Shown one piece after another: positions 52,680-64,000 of a DNA stretch of 64,000 nt (positions are counted from its first letter, which is position 1; the number at the start of each line of letters is the position of its first letter). The translations under genes and the position numbers were made by a program. The stretch is taken from contig CM052816.1 in assembly GCA_028534125.1 (NCBI GenBank), forward strand, positions 4,032,001 to 4,096,000. The letters are read 5' to 3'. The stretch comes from Lama glama (lineage: Eukaryota). Below the pieces are notes generated by a model. It was not told the origin of the DNA and made no database searches. It saw nothing but the letters and a program-made list of their open reading frames with translations.

Positions 52680-53210
52680 GTGACCTGGAGGGGCCCAAAG
52701 CCAGAACTAGATTAAAAACATCATTTATTTGGCCTCTGCGTTTTTTGTATCATGCAAGTCAACATTAGAAAATTGATTATTTGACATCAAAATCCAATTT
52801 TCCAGATTTTCTGGAAAAATACTGAAGGTCTAGCAACATGGGACAGCTCACGCTCTCTTAGGGCTGAATTATCAGCTGCCCCGTTTAGAGGGAGCATGCA
52901 TACTCCAGGCTACTGCAGACTCCCTCCCTCCCTAAGTGGACCCTAAAGTTTAACGCCAATAGTCATTCACCACTTTGCTCCTGATAGATTTTTGTGTACT
53001 CAAATAGTAAAGAAACACTTTGGTAGTTACATTTCTAACAAAAGCAGTGGGGTGGAGTTAGGAGAGGCTGGCCTCAGAGAGCAGCATGTTTCAGAAAACT
53101 AGGATGATGATACAGGCTTTCCCACCTACTTAAATTGCAAACCTGACCTGGTTCACTTACTCACATTTCCTGCCCTGACCCTTCTTTCCTAAGACGGTTG
53201 AGCTATGTCC
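52680..53210. mobile_element. MER102/Charlie4-like hAT relic
   Basis: AAAATCCAATTTTCCAGATTTTCTGGAAAAATACTGAAGGTCTAGCAACATGGG...AGCTGCCCCGTTTAGA...GACCTGGTTCACTTACTCACATTTCCTGCC. Confidence 0.6.
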
Positions 53211-53359
53211 AGAGCTCACTAAGAGAAACCAGGAACAGTGTGAGGAACAGCATGTTGCAGTGGAGTGATGTTCAGCCCTCTTGAAATGAAGATCCCCTTA
53301 AAAAGAAAAAGTGACTGTTGAAAAAAATTAATTCTATTATTAATTATCTACTGAGATGC

Positions 53360-53900
53360 AGCCCTGCTGAGTGGTTAAGGGCAAAGTTTTTGAGTCAGAT
53401 GGTGTTAGTTATAGAAAAATGATATGGTCACTTGACCTCTGCCTGTTTTTTTTTTTTTAATTTTTCTTTAAAATTTTTCTCTATTTAAAAAATTTTAAAT
53501 TGAAGTATAGTCAGTTTACAATGTTGTGTTAATTTCTGGTACATAGCATAATGCTTCAGTTATATATATATATATATATGTGTGTATGTATGTGTGTGTA
53601 TATATATATATATCTTCCTTTTCATATTCTTTTTCATCATAGGCTATTACAAGATACTGAATACAGTTCCCTGTGCTATACAGTAGGCCCTTGTTTATCT
53701 ATTTTATGTATAGTAGTTAGTACCTATAAATCCCGAACTCCCAATTTATCCCTCTCTGATTCTTAATGGAGATAATTAATAATCCTTACCTCTGAGGATC
53801 CTTATGGTACTTGAATATAGTAAGAACTCAGATAAAGCACTAAGTGCTACATCTGGCACACAGTAAATGCTCAATAAGGGTTATTAATATTGCCATTATT
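53360..53900 (+). mobile_element. MIR split by an L1 insertion
   Basis: 5' half GAGTGGTTAAGGGCAAAGTTTTTGAGTCAGA. 3' half ATGGAGATAATT...CTTACCTC...CTGGCACACAGTAAATGCTCAATAA. Confidence 0.8.
53446..53755 (-). mobile_element. Young L1 3' UTR containing (TA)n/(TG)n
   Basis: Poly-T, then TTGAAGTATAGTCAGTTTACAATG...AGTTCCCTGTGCTATACAG...AACTCCCAATTTATCCC. Confidence 0.9.
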
Positions 53901-54499
53901 GATTGATAAAATGTGTGATGACAAAAAGCTGGTATGCAAATATCATTTGGAATGAATTTATTTTCCATTAATCACAGTGGCATCTGCATGCATATGAAAA
54001 ATGGTCACATACATATTTGTCAGACATTATTTATTTAGTCCACCAACAATACCCGGTGCTTAGGGAGTTCTCAGCTGTCTTCCTCACTGCCTCCAAGAGC
54101 TTGGAGGGCTAAGGTGAGCAGGGTGGGATGTGAGAGGCAAGGTCATTGTAATCCAAGACAGCCTTGAATTTTGATTCACATCCCAGAACCTGTAGTCCTC
54201 CCTGGGAGGAAAGAAAGTCGGGGTGGAGGCGGGAAAGGGACAGTGAAGGAAGAAGAAAACAGAAGTGTTCTTGGGCAAGTCATGGGACTGTGGTTTGAGC
54301 CTGTCAAGTGAGGCTCTCAGGTAAGATCAGTGGTTTCCAGTCAGCTATTCAAGGAGCCCTGTGGTTTCAGAGAAGCCCTGCAGGGACCACTCGAGTACAG
54401 ACCAAGGGGCAGACCAAGTAGGTGGGCTTCAGAGCCAGCCTTGTTGTAGAGAACAGCACAGCTTTTATGGAATTTCCTCATAATATTTCATGTATAAAA

Positions 54500-54707
54500 A
54501 GAGGTGAGGTGCAGATACTAACTACTATATATAAAATAGATGAACAACAAGGTCTTATTGTATAGCACAGAGAACTATATTCAATATCTTGTAATGGCCT
54601 ATAATAAAAAAGAATATGAAGTGGTATACACACACACAGACACAGACACATGAATTATGATGCTATACCCCAGAAATTAACACATTGTAAATCGACTATA
54701 CTTCAAT

Positions 54708-54748
<41 letters not shown>

Positions 54749-54760
54749 AATTTTAAAAAA
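54500..54760 (+). mobile_element. Young L1 3' UTR with (AATA)n tail, inside a probable hAT relic (54328-54800)
   Basis: GCAGATACTAACTACTATATATAAAATAGA...GACTATACTTCAATT followed by AATAAATAAATA... Confidence 0.88.
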
Positions 54761-54808
54761 GTGTTTTGCTGCTTTCCAAGAAACATATGGGCTAGATAAT
54801 CTTTGAAG

Positions 54809-54925
54809 CAGTGGTTCTCAAACTTGGCTGCACTGGAAGCACCCCAAGGAGCTATGAAAATACTAATGTATGATGGGATTTAGCCCAGATTTAAATGGTC
54901 TTGGGTGTGGCTGGACATCCCCTGG
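54809..54925. mobile_element. MER5-like hAT fragment
   Basis: CAGTGGTTCTCAAACTTGGCTGCAC...GGAGCTATGAAAATACTAATG. Confidence 0.7.
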
Positions 54926-55664
54926 ATATACACATGCCTCTCCTTTCATTTGGCCTTGAATATATCCAAGACAAGGCCAAGGTCACCTACCAGTCTGCCA
55001 CCAGGCTACTCAACACAAAGATCCCATGAAGCATAAGGGAATAAAAAATTTCAATCCCATAAGGAGCAGAACTGCAGGAGAGTTTAGATTGTTAAAGAAT
55101 GCCAGTGATGTTTGCTTATTTTCTTGAAGACTTGATTTCTAATTACTTTCCTTCATGGAGATAGTAAAAGAAAATGTAAATGCAGTTTTAAAAGAGTTAT
55201 ATAAAACCAAGGTCCATATAAGAAAAATGCCATAAGGTCCAGGATTCCCATATACTGTCAGTAAGGGAACTAAAGTCTTGCTTTTGGCAGAAAGAAAAAC
55301 ATTTTTTTGATTCACTTCACTATGACAGTTTCTTTCCAAGCTCATTGATATAAGACTTTCTGGCAAGTGTGAAACATTTCAGTTCACAGAGCAAAGAGAA
55401 AGTTTACACCAGCAGGGCTTCCAGAACAAGGTTTGAAACATTTGAACAGGACAATCTAGCAACTTAAGCATGATCGCCTAGAAAAAGTAAGTGACATGAA
55501 TACACGCTGACTTGTGTTTATACTCAGGGAGGTTTAACATGTTTGGAAAATGGAGATTATATCATTTGCCTTCTCCTACTTTTGTTAGCAAACACCCAGC
55601 AGGATCATTTTCTAACTATCTCAGAGAGAAAGAGAGCTCCTAACGTATTTTTGGTCAATAGAAG

Positions 55665-56029
55665 ACGCGTTGCATTTGGAGGGTATTAGGCTAAGTGAAA
55701 GACGTCAGACAGAGGAAGATAGATACTATGTGTTACCACCTGTCTGCAGAATCTGAAAAAGACAACATGTGAATATAACAAAAAAGAAACAGACTCACAG
55801 ATACAGAGAACCAACTAGTGGTTACCAGAGAGGTAAGGGAAGGGGGAGGGGATTAAAAGGTACAAACTATGTACACAATAGATAGGCAACATGTATATGC
55901 TGCACAACACAGGGAATATAGCCAATATTTTATAATAACTTTAAATGGAATATAACCTTTAAAATTGTGAACAGCTGAAACTTATACAATATTGCACATC
56001 AGCTATACCTCGATAAAAATATTTTCAAA
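55665..56029 (+). mobile_element. L1 3' UTR with 8-bp TSD AATAGAAG
   Basis: GGAGGGTATTAGGCTAAGTGAAA...AAACAGACTCACAGATACAGAGAACCAACTAGTGGTTACCAG. TSD at 55657-55664 and 56030-56037. Confidence 0.88.
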
Positions 56030-56099
56030 AATAGAAGGATATGTATTAACTGGGTAAAAGGTATTCTGATTGCATTTTCTTCAACAAGCTATGATTTCA

Positions 56100-56470
56100 G
56101 TCAGTGCCATGCAACAGAACTAGAATGTAAGACATTTTATTTTTAATTTTCAAGCAGTCACATTAAAATGTAAAAAGAAAATGTGAAACTAGTTTTAATA
56201 TCTTTTAACCTGATATATCCAAAATATTACCATTTTCAACAGGTGATCGATATTTAATATATGAAAAATAGGTGTAGCGCAAAGGTATGTGAATTTACAT
56301 CTCAATAAAGTTGTTAAAAATGTTAGAGATATTTCACATTTCTTTTTTTTTTTTTTTTAACTAAGTCTTGAAAATCTAATGCGTATTTCACACTTCCAGC
56401 ACACCTGTTTGGACTTGTCATGTGCGTTTCAAGTGATGGATAACCACCCCTGGCCAGTGGCTCCCAATAC
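56100..56470. mobile_element. MER33-like hAT element carrying a short L1 tail insertion
   Basis: GCAGTCACATTAAAATGTAAAAAGAAA...ATATATCCAAAATATTACCATTT...CTAAGTCTTGAAAATCT...GGCCAGTGGCT. The L1 tail ATGTGAATTTACATCTCAATAAAGTTGTT is at about 56287-56315. Confidence 0.7.
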
Positions 56471-57254
56471 GTGATTTAAATGATCCACGTGTACAATGGC
56501 TTCCTCAGAGGAACTATCATGCACACTGAGGCTACCCCAGCCTTAGCTCACCCGTCTATTCCACATTCTCAGTAAACAACACCTGAAATTGTGGCTTACT
56601 TAGACTTTCATCCTCGTGTCGCTCCAGGGAGGGAGGAGAAAAGGGGAAGTAGCAGGAATTCCTTGCGTTCCTCTCTCAGCCTCTCTCTCTGACTCCTTTG
56701 GCTTCTATCCCCATTGGCTGCCCTTGATGGACCGAGATTTATATTATTGCATTCCTGAACGGTTTATGTCCTCTGTTCTCAGCTTAAATGCAGAGTAATA
56801 AAATGTTTTATATTTTTCTTTCCCCAAAATGTTTACCTTCTGAAGGCACCGTATTTTTCTATTCCAGTTAACGTTAAGAGCCCTCGAGGTGCTAAAGTTT
56901 GCAACCATGAGGCTACATGACATTAGCCTATACCTTAGAGTTTCTGAGAGTCCTTCCAGTTCATCATGTCACAGAAGAAGTTTAAAGGTCATTGAGAGCC
57001 TTTCGGGAAAAAAACAGAGAACAATTACAGACCTATCTTTCAGAAAGTAAAACAAGATTGTTATTAGAGAAAGCAAAATTGCTGCCTGGCACTGCCTCCT
57101 CTCTCAAAATCAATGGGTTTTAACAGACTCATAATAAAGAGAACCCACCAGTCCAAAGATCAGTGTGGTGAAGCCATGGTTTCTCCCCTAATGAAATCCG
57201 ACATCCTGATATTATTCCCCACTTGCTATAGGCATTGTTAATCCGATGCCGAAA

Positions 57255-57892
57255 TAATGCCTTTTTATAAAGGTCTGTACTACGTACGTGACATTGTACC
57301 AGTTGCTGAAGATAAGCCATCAAACGAGACAAGCATCACCCTGTCCACTAAGGAAAACAACAGTCCGGTCGGCAATTATGACCATCATCTAGGGTTTCAT
57401 GTTCCTGATGACATCAGAGGATCAGGACACGTTGCCTGCATATAAAGGGCATGGAAGAGCCCAGTAGAGGGGCTTAATGAAGCCCTCTTACAGCATAAGC
57501 TGAGCATTGAGAGGTGTACAAAAGTTCCCAAAATGAAGAGCAGGCATATGGCTGGCAGGGTGGAGAAGCAGCCCAAGTGCTAGGTGAGCACAGGTTAAAG
57601 GCTGGAGCTGCCAGTGTGCTAGTTTAGAGGAAACAAGAGGAGTCACAGAAAGAGGGGAGAGAAAGAATGAAATTAAGAATGGTGACGGGTTGGAACCCTG
57701 AAGACCAGGGTGAGCCTCGTAAACTGTGATAAAGCCTTTGCCCTTTACCCTAACTCTAACAAGAAGCCACTGAAGGGTTTCAAACAAAGAAAAGATGTGA
57801 CTGGGACTGCATTTTAAAAAGATCAGTCCAGCTGCAGTGTGGTGGACGAATGAGAGAACAGGATGATTGCAGGGAGATCACCTAGGAAGCTA
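57255..57892 (-). mobile_element. L2 fragment, about 640 bp
   Basis: TACTACGTACGTGACATTGTACCAGTTGCTGAAGATA... through GAAGCCACTGAAGGGTTTCAAACA...TTTTAAAAAGATCAGTCCAGCTGCAGTGTGG. Confidence 0.8.
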
Positions 57893-57954
57893 AAAAGGTC
57901 TTTGTTTTCAAGACTTAGGCCTGGGTGGTAAACTGGCTCCCCAGAGAATGGAGT

Positions 57955-58135
57955 CTGTCAGTACAACTCATTTAGTCCACAGACCAGGCTGAGAATGAGG
58001 CAAGTGCATATACAAATCTGCATTTCCGGCATCTGATGAAAGAGGGCCCCAGACACCGCAGGCTCAGTGATGTACCCAAAAGCCACTGGCTGGAGCAGAG
58101 CAGCGCTGGCCTCTTGCAGGTAGAGCCCAGCCCTC
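57955..58135 (-). mobile_element. MIR SINE
   Basis: CAACTCATTTAGTCCAC...GATGAAAGAGGGCCCCAGA...CAGTGATGTACCCAAAAGCCAC. Confidence 0.55.
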
Positions 58136-59628
58136 CAGCACCTCATGGGCCCTACCTTGCCATGCCACCTTATTTCTGGTCCCTTCTCCAGCCTCTTTAC
58201 AAACTAGAACTTGACCTTCACTGGACAGCCATCTAGTCATCAAACTCAAGATGGAGAGCTTTAAGGACAAAACTGGTGCACAGCCCATCATCAGGGCTGT
58301 CCGAGACTGGCAAAGGGGTGCCAAGGGGTGAGCACAGCCTCTGGCACCCTGAGATAAGCTGTCAGTCTTGATGCTAGAATGATGCACAAAAGCATCTGGA
58401 CAGTAGCATCCAAGACAGAATTCAGTGTGTTTATCACAGTATACAGTAAGTTTAACTTGAAAGACCACGGTTCAGTTACGTCAACAGGAGTCCATCTAAG
58501 CTGCTTCAAATAAGACCTTTAATTGGGGGCTGGCGGGGGAAGACATATACAAGAGAAAATAGTGTAGATGTCCAACAGCTGCTAGGACTTTTCAACATCT
58601 TCTCCTGATTAGACATAACTTTTCAGAGTCTTGAAGCTGACCAGAAGTTCTATGTATTCAGTAAAACAGGACAAGCCAAAAGGCATTCCAGTTTCCAGGT
58701 GCTATGTCTGCATTTGGTATGTGTGGAAGAGGGGCGGTTCTAACAGCAGGGGAAAAAAAGTTATGACTATGGGTTTTAAGAAAGTACAAGTGATCCCATT
58801 TTCTAGCCCCAAGTGTGAAATAAACAGGAAGACAGTTCCTCCCTGAAACCTTCTCGTTTGTCTCATTCAAGAGTATGTTTGGCATTAAGATGAAAGGTTT
58901 ACAAAAGATCTAAGAAAGAGATGGGGCTTCAGTAAGTCATTTAACCTGGCAGTCCTTCTGTGCGAATTTTATTTCCTTTAACGTCTGAGTGCAACTGCAT
59001 TCAAAGGCAGAACTCCCCCCAGCTATTTACGGGACAACTTGCAAACTGCCCTGTCAACAGACTGTGTAGGCGAGTTCAGCTTTCTCCTTCTAGCTGCTCA
59101 TTTGCTGATCTTTCCTCTCCTGTGTTCTCATCTCTAATTCCCTGTCTTTGCTTTATAAAGACAGCCAATAACTTTTTAAAGTTAAATCATTATTTCAGCA
59201 AATATCTTGAGAATTTACCATGTAGAAGGCCTGTGCCCAGCAAGCTTGCTTTTCAGTAGGGAGGAAGCAAGCAAGGAAAAATGAACCACTGTCATAATGT
59301 TGTTGCTGGAGCAGAGGTTGGCTTTGCAGACGCACACAGAGGGCGAAGAAAAAATCAGATGGCGAGAGGATCAGGAGAACTTTCTTGGGATACTACTTGA
59401 GTTTTTTTTTTTTTTTTTTTTTTTTAGAAAGAAACGTTACCTAAAACTGGGCAATCAAGAGAGTAAAATGTGCCCTTTCAAAGTTAGACTTGGACATGGG
59501 TTAACAAACTCACCTAAGGATTAATAACATGCTAAGAGAATTTATCAGTGTTCAACTTTGCAATTTCAACTAGTTCACGAGAGCTCAGACTCTGAGAAGC
59601 TACTTGTTAACATGCAGAGTTATGACCT

Positions 59629-59876
59629 GTGGAAAAGACCCTCTAAAGGTGACAGACAGCTTGATTTCTCTATAGGATGAATCCGTTTTGCCTCTCATTC
59701 AAGTTCATTTCCAAACACGTTTTGCGATGGACTACACAGATACTCTGTTCCTTCCGTGGAAAAGACCCTCTAAAGGTGACAGCTTGATTTCTCTATAGGA
59801 TGAATCCGTTTTGCCTCTCATTCAAGTTCATTTCCAAACACGTTTTGTGATGGGCTACACAGATACTCTGTTCCTT
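59629..59876. repeat. Two-copy tandem duplication, period 127 bp
   Basis: GTGGAAAAGACCCTCTAAAGG...GATACTCTGTTCCTT at 59629-59753 and 59756-59876. Confidence 0.97.
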
Positions 59877-60199
59877 TAAAATGCTCTTTGATCTTTTCCT
59901 ATTATTCTCATTCATTAGTGAGTTGAATAAAACCTCTGACATAGACTCATTACATGTTTGGATGAGTCATGGTCATCATTTTTGAACTGTATACTCTGAC
60001 AAAATGAGTATTTGAGGGTCAGGAGGCATCTCCCTGGAAGCCAGAGTAGATTCCTTCTTTTAAATATTTTTCCCAAAAAGAACATATATGTACTGGGCAA
60101 AAAAAGAAAATATGCTGAAATACAAGAGTTCACTTCCTCACTCTCCCCATCTGGGCTTCCAGAAACCATGAGCCATCTTTAACAGCCCTCGTGCTTAAT

Positions 60200-61900
60200 T
60201 CTCTGGTGGTGGTCTCACTAACTCTTCTTCTGAAGTCTTGTAATACTTTCTCATAATCTACCTTTTTAGTATATTGTCTGTTAACTCTATGAAATATAAG
60301 GATTTCACTTACTCCTCTATTTTATTCTTCTATAGCTATATTTGTTCCTTTAAGTAACATATCTAAAACTCTGTCTTGTTTCACTAACCCCAGGGGGAAA
60401 AAATATCTCATCTTCCCATTTCATTAAAGATATTCGTGCAAGTACCTTTCCTTCGGCTCGTGACCTATCAGTATCTGTCAGTCTTGCCCTTACTTTCATC
60501 GTCAAGGTTTTATAACATTTGGTTAACTTGCCTGTGTGTTTGCTTTATGGGCTGATTCTAAAACTGGAAAAGAGATTTTATTATGACTTATGTAAATTGT
60601 TGACTGGAGAGGCAGATCATACACCAAGATGCAATTTATTTATCTTTGGATTTGATGTCATAACCCCTAGACCACAAAGCTTAAATGCTATTATTGTTAT
60701 GCTTCTGATTGGGACCGTGGTTTCCTTGTACAATTTTTGTTATTGTTCTTGAGTTGGTATTTGTTACTGAGTCTGTGGTTTGAAATTGTTAGTCTTTTCT
60801 CTTCTTTAAAGACAACGCACAAGCTTTCTTCACATCCCAACAATTTGACTCGCTGGCTAAACTCTCTCTCGGTAGGAATCTGCTTCAGTTTTCTGCTTGA
60901 AGGCCTCTTAAGAGTTCTGGAACTTCTTCAGTTTTGACCAAAAACTTGTAAGACTCACACAACCATCATGTTTGACTTTCTGGAGAGGCTCTTCATTAGC
61001 ATCACCATTTCTTGATACCTTTAAGAATTCTTTCCCAAATTTCATTCTTAATTGCCAGGAATCTAGCCAGAAAGGGTGCATGAAGAGGACCAGAGATCTT
61101 GATGCTTTGAAAATGCCTTTATCTTGTTCTCATTTACAGTTTGGCTTACAGCTGAATTCTAGGCTCAAAATAGTTTTTTCTTGAGAAAATACAAGAAACT
61201 GCTCCATGTTTTTCTTCTTGTCTCTAGTGTTGCTCATGAAAAGTTTGATACTAGTTTACAAATAATTTCTTTTTGTAGGAGGTTTTTTTTTCTCCCTCTT
61301 CCAGAAGCTTTTAAGATCCTTTTATTCCTAGAATTTTGAAAACTGAAGTTGATACACCAGGAACATTTGTTTACTTTCCATTTATGTCACTTGGCTTGTG
61401 ATGTGTAAATTTAACCCACTGTCTCCCTAGAACAATGTGTAAATTTAACTCATTGTCTCCCTAGAACAATGTTTTAAAATTTCTTTGATAGTCAAATATC
61501 CCCTACTCCCCAACTGGAGGTCCTTTTAATGGGATCTCTGCATTGATCTACTACAGTTGACTCTTTATTTCTACCAAATTTTGTCTTTTCTATGTCCTAA
61601 GAGATTTATACTTTATTTTTCAACCCTTTCATTGATTAAAAATTACCTAATTTACAAGAGATACTTCCTACTCCCTAATTTTTCCTTTTTTATACTGTTC
61701 TGCACTTATCTTACAGATGCATTATCTTTCTTACTATTATCAAGGATACTTATAAGTCAGTTTTAAATATAGTCTTCTGCCCTCATATTAGTTTTTTTGT
61801 GATGATCGCACATCATTTATTAGTAATATTTGTCCTTTTATCATGATTATGTTTTTCTCTCCTCTGCAACTGATTTTCTGAAAGTCAGATGGTCATTTTT
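60200..61900 (-). mobile_element. Very old L1/HAL1-like relic
   Basis: T-rich antisense text such as GTTTGGCTTACAG...AATTCTAGGCTCAAAATAGTTTTTTCTTG and CTAGTGTTGCTCATGAAAAGTTTGAT. Confidence 0.55.
61401..61472. repeat. Two-copy tandem duplication, period 34 bp
   Basis: ATGTGTAAATTTAACCCACTGTCTCCCTAGAACA followed by ATGTGTAAATTTAACTCATTGTCTCCCTAGAACA. Confidence 0.95.
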
Positions 61901-62027
61901 TATTTAAGAATGGGGAGTAAAAGTTTCACTTATGGTTAGGATGTCAAGTACACGAACAAATGTCACTCTTGCTACAACTATAACTAACCAGTTAAAACTA
62001 ACATACACCTTTCTTTAAAGACATTGA

Positions 62028-62427
62028 CTCTAAGTGTAGTAAGCCAGAAAGACAAAGAGAAATACCATATGCTATCACTTATATGTGGAATCTTAAAAAA
62101 AAAAAAAAAGAGGACACTAATGAATTCATCTACAAAACAGAAACAGACTCACAGACAGGGGGAAGGGAGTGGGAAGGGATAAATTTAGGATTCTGAGATT
62201 TGCAAATGTTAAGCACTGTATCTGAAAATAGATTTTAAAAATTTCTTCTGTATAGCACAAGGAACTATATTCAATAATCCAATATCCTATAATAACTTTT
62301 AATGAAAAAGAATATTAAAAAATGAATATGTGTATGTATGTATATATATGCATATGCATGACTGGGACATTGTGCTGTACACTAAAAATTGACACATTGA
62401 AACTGACTATACTTCAATTAAAAAAAA
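62028..62427 (+). mobile_element. Young L1 3' UTR with perfect 11-bp TSD
   Basis: AAAGACATTGA at 62017-62027 and 62428-62438, a TT|AAAG endonuclease-type site, and a poly-A tail. Confidence 0.92.
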
Positions 62428-62639
62428 AAAGACATTGAAGAGCCATAGACTCAAAGGAATCCAAAAGAATCACACTCCACAGGATGATTTCGTACTTGAG
62501 AGCAACTGCTGAGGCTAGTAGGGTGGGCAGAGCAAGGAGGGCCTTTGCTTAGAGTGGGGGAAACTAGTCAAACTTCTGATGAACCTATAAGCCACTGTGC
62601 TCAACTTGAAACTAGAACAGCCCAAAATGAAAAATTAAT

Positions 62640-64000
62640 TCCACAGTCCTAAGTGAAAAACCAAGAGCCATAAAGCTTCTAGAAGAAAACCTAGGAGACT
62701 ATCCTTGTGATTTTGAGTCAGTCAGTCCAAGCTTTTTTGGTAAATACAAAAACCACAGATCACAAACTGAAAATATGAATACACTGGACTTCACCAAAAT
62801 TAAAAACTCTTGCCATTAAGAAGACACCATTAAGACAATGAAAAATCAAGTAACAGACTGGAAGAATCTATCTGCAATATGAAAAAGACACAGAATTTAT
62901 ATCCAGAATATTTAAAGAGCTCCTACAACTCAAAACACAAGAAGTATTAGGTCAAAAACTTGAACAGATTCTCGACAAAAGAAACATGAATGACCAACAA
63001 GCACAAGTTAAAGGGTTTAACATTAGCCAAGAGGGAAATGCAAATTAAAACAAGAAGAGATACAATTTCACATAACTAGAATGGTTAAATCAACAAGGCT
63101 AACAATACGGTTGATAGCAGGCAGACAGAACAGCTGGATTTCTCACACATTTCTTGGGAGAATACAGGGTGGGAGTGAACTACATTGAAGAACCATTGGC
63201 TTATGTTTAAGTCTTTAAGCCATTTTGAGTTTATTTTTGTGTATAGTGTGAGGGAGTGTTCTAACTTCACTTACATGTGGCTGTCCAGTTTTCCCAGTAT
63301 CATCTGCTGAAGAGACTGTCTTTACTCCACTGTATGTTCTTGCCTCCTTTGTCAAAGGTTAATTGACCGAATTTGTGGGTTTATTTCTGGGCTCTATGTT
63401 ATAGCTATAACTTACATGTGGAATCTAAAAAATAAAAGACAAATGAACTTATTCATAAAACAGAAACAGACTCACTGACATAGAAAACAAACTTATGGTT
63501 ATGGGGGAGGGAGGAGAGATAAATCGGGAGTTTGAGATTTTCAGATACTACCTACAACATATAAAACAGATAAACAACAAGTTCATACTGTATAGCACAG
63601 GGAACTATATTCAATATCGTGTAGTAACTTAGGGTGATAAAAAATATGAAAACAAATATATGTTCGTTCATGTATGACTGAAGCATTATGCTGTACACCA
63701 GAAATTGACACATTGCAAACTGATTATATTTCAGTAAATATATATATATTACTAATAAAGATACTGAATTGCAAAAAAGGAACAATATGGTGGTTCCTTA
63801 TAAAAGTAAATAAATACCTACCCCATGATTCAACAATTCTACTCTTTGATATTGACCTCAAAATTAAAATTTATGTCTGCACAATGATTTATTCACAGAT
63901 GTTTACATTAGCATGGTATTTTATTATTTTCCAACAGGAAACAGCCCAGATATCCACCAAAAGGAGAATGAAGAAAAATTATGACATATTCACACAATGA
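62640..64000 (+). mobile_element. Old L1 ORF2 3' region interrupted by a young L1
   Basis: CATAAAGCTTCTAGAAGAAAAC...CTGGACTTCACCAAAATTAAAAACT...AGGGAAATGCAAATTAAAAC. It resumes after 63780 with TGGTGGTTCCTTATAAAAGTAAA. Confidence 0.85.
63200..63778 (+). mobile_element. Young L1 with inverted ORF2 piece and internal deletion
   Basis: Antisense ORF2 at 63200-63397 (ORF 63085-63270 begins KLEHSLTLYTKINSKWLKDLNI) is joined to a sense 3' UTR at about 63400-63740. Confidence 0.88.

Noticed and set aside
57230..57445. CpG-containing stretch with 62-67 aa ORFs
   Set aside because: It is explained by an antisense L2 tail.
1..64000. tRNA, rRNA, snRNA, NUMT, processed pseudogene, CRISPR or prokaryotic-type system
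   Set aside because: None recognised on either strand. The sequence is repeat-rich mammalian non-coding DNA.

Overview
This is AT-rich mammalian genomic DNA, either intronic or intergenic. I recognise no protein-coding gene, RNA gene or CRISPR array. The ORFs in the supplied track are chance ORFs, decayed LINE-1 ORF2 pieces or artefacts of the N-gap. The window is dominated by transposable-element relics: old and young LINE-1 (several with readable target-site duplications, two with twin-priming inversions), L2, MIR, CR1/L3, MaLR/ERVL/ERV1 solo LTRs and hAT DNA transposons (MER53, MER58, MER5, MER33, MER102-like). The young L1 3' UTRs are of the cetartiodactyl type and I saw no ruminant, suid or primate SINEs, which suggests a camelid-like genome (inference). 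A gap of exactly 500 N splits the window at 37807-38306. The most interesting non-repeat signal is a candidate recursive (AG|GT) splice site on the minus strand at 12319/12318. Also notable are a 127-bp tandem duplication at 59629-59876 and a CpG- and motif-rich segment near 52.2-52.6 kb. I cannot support a novel biological system here. Repeat family names come from recalled consensus similarity, not from a database search, and most repeat boundaries are approximate.
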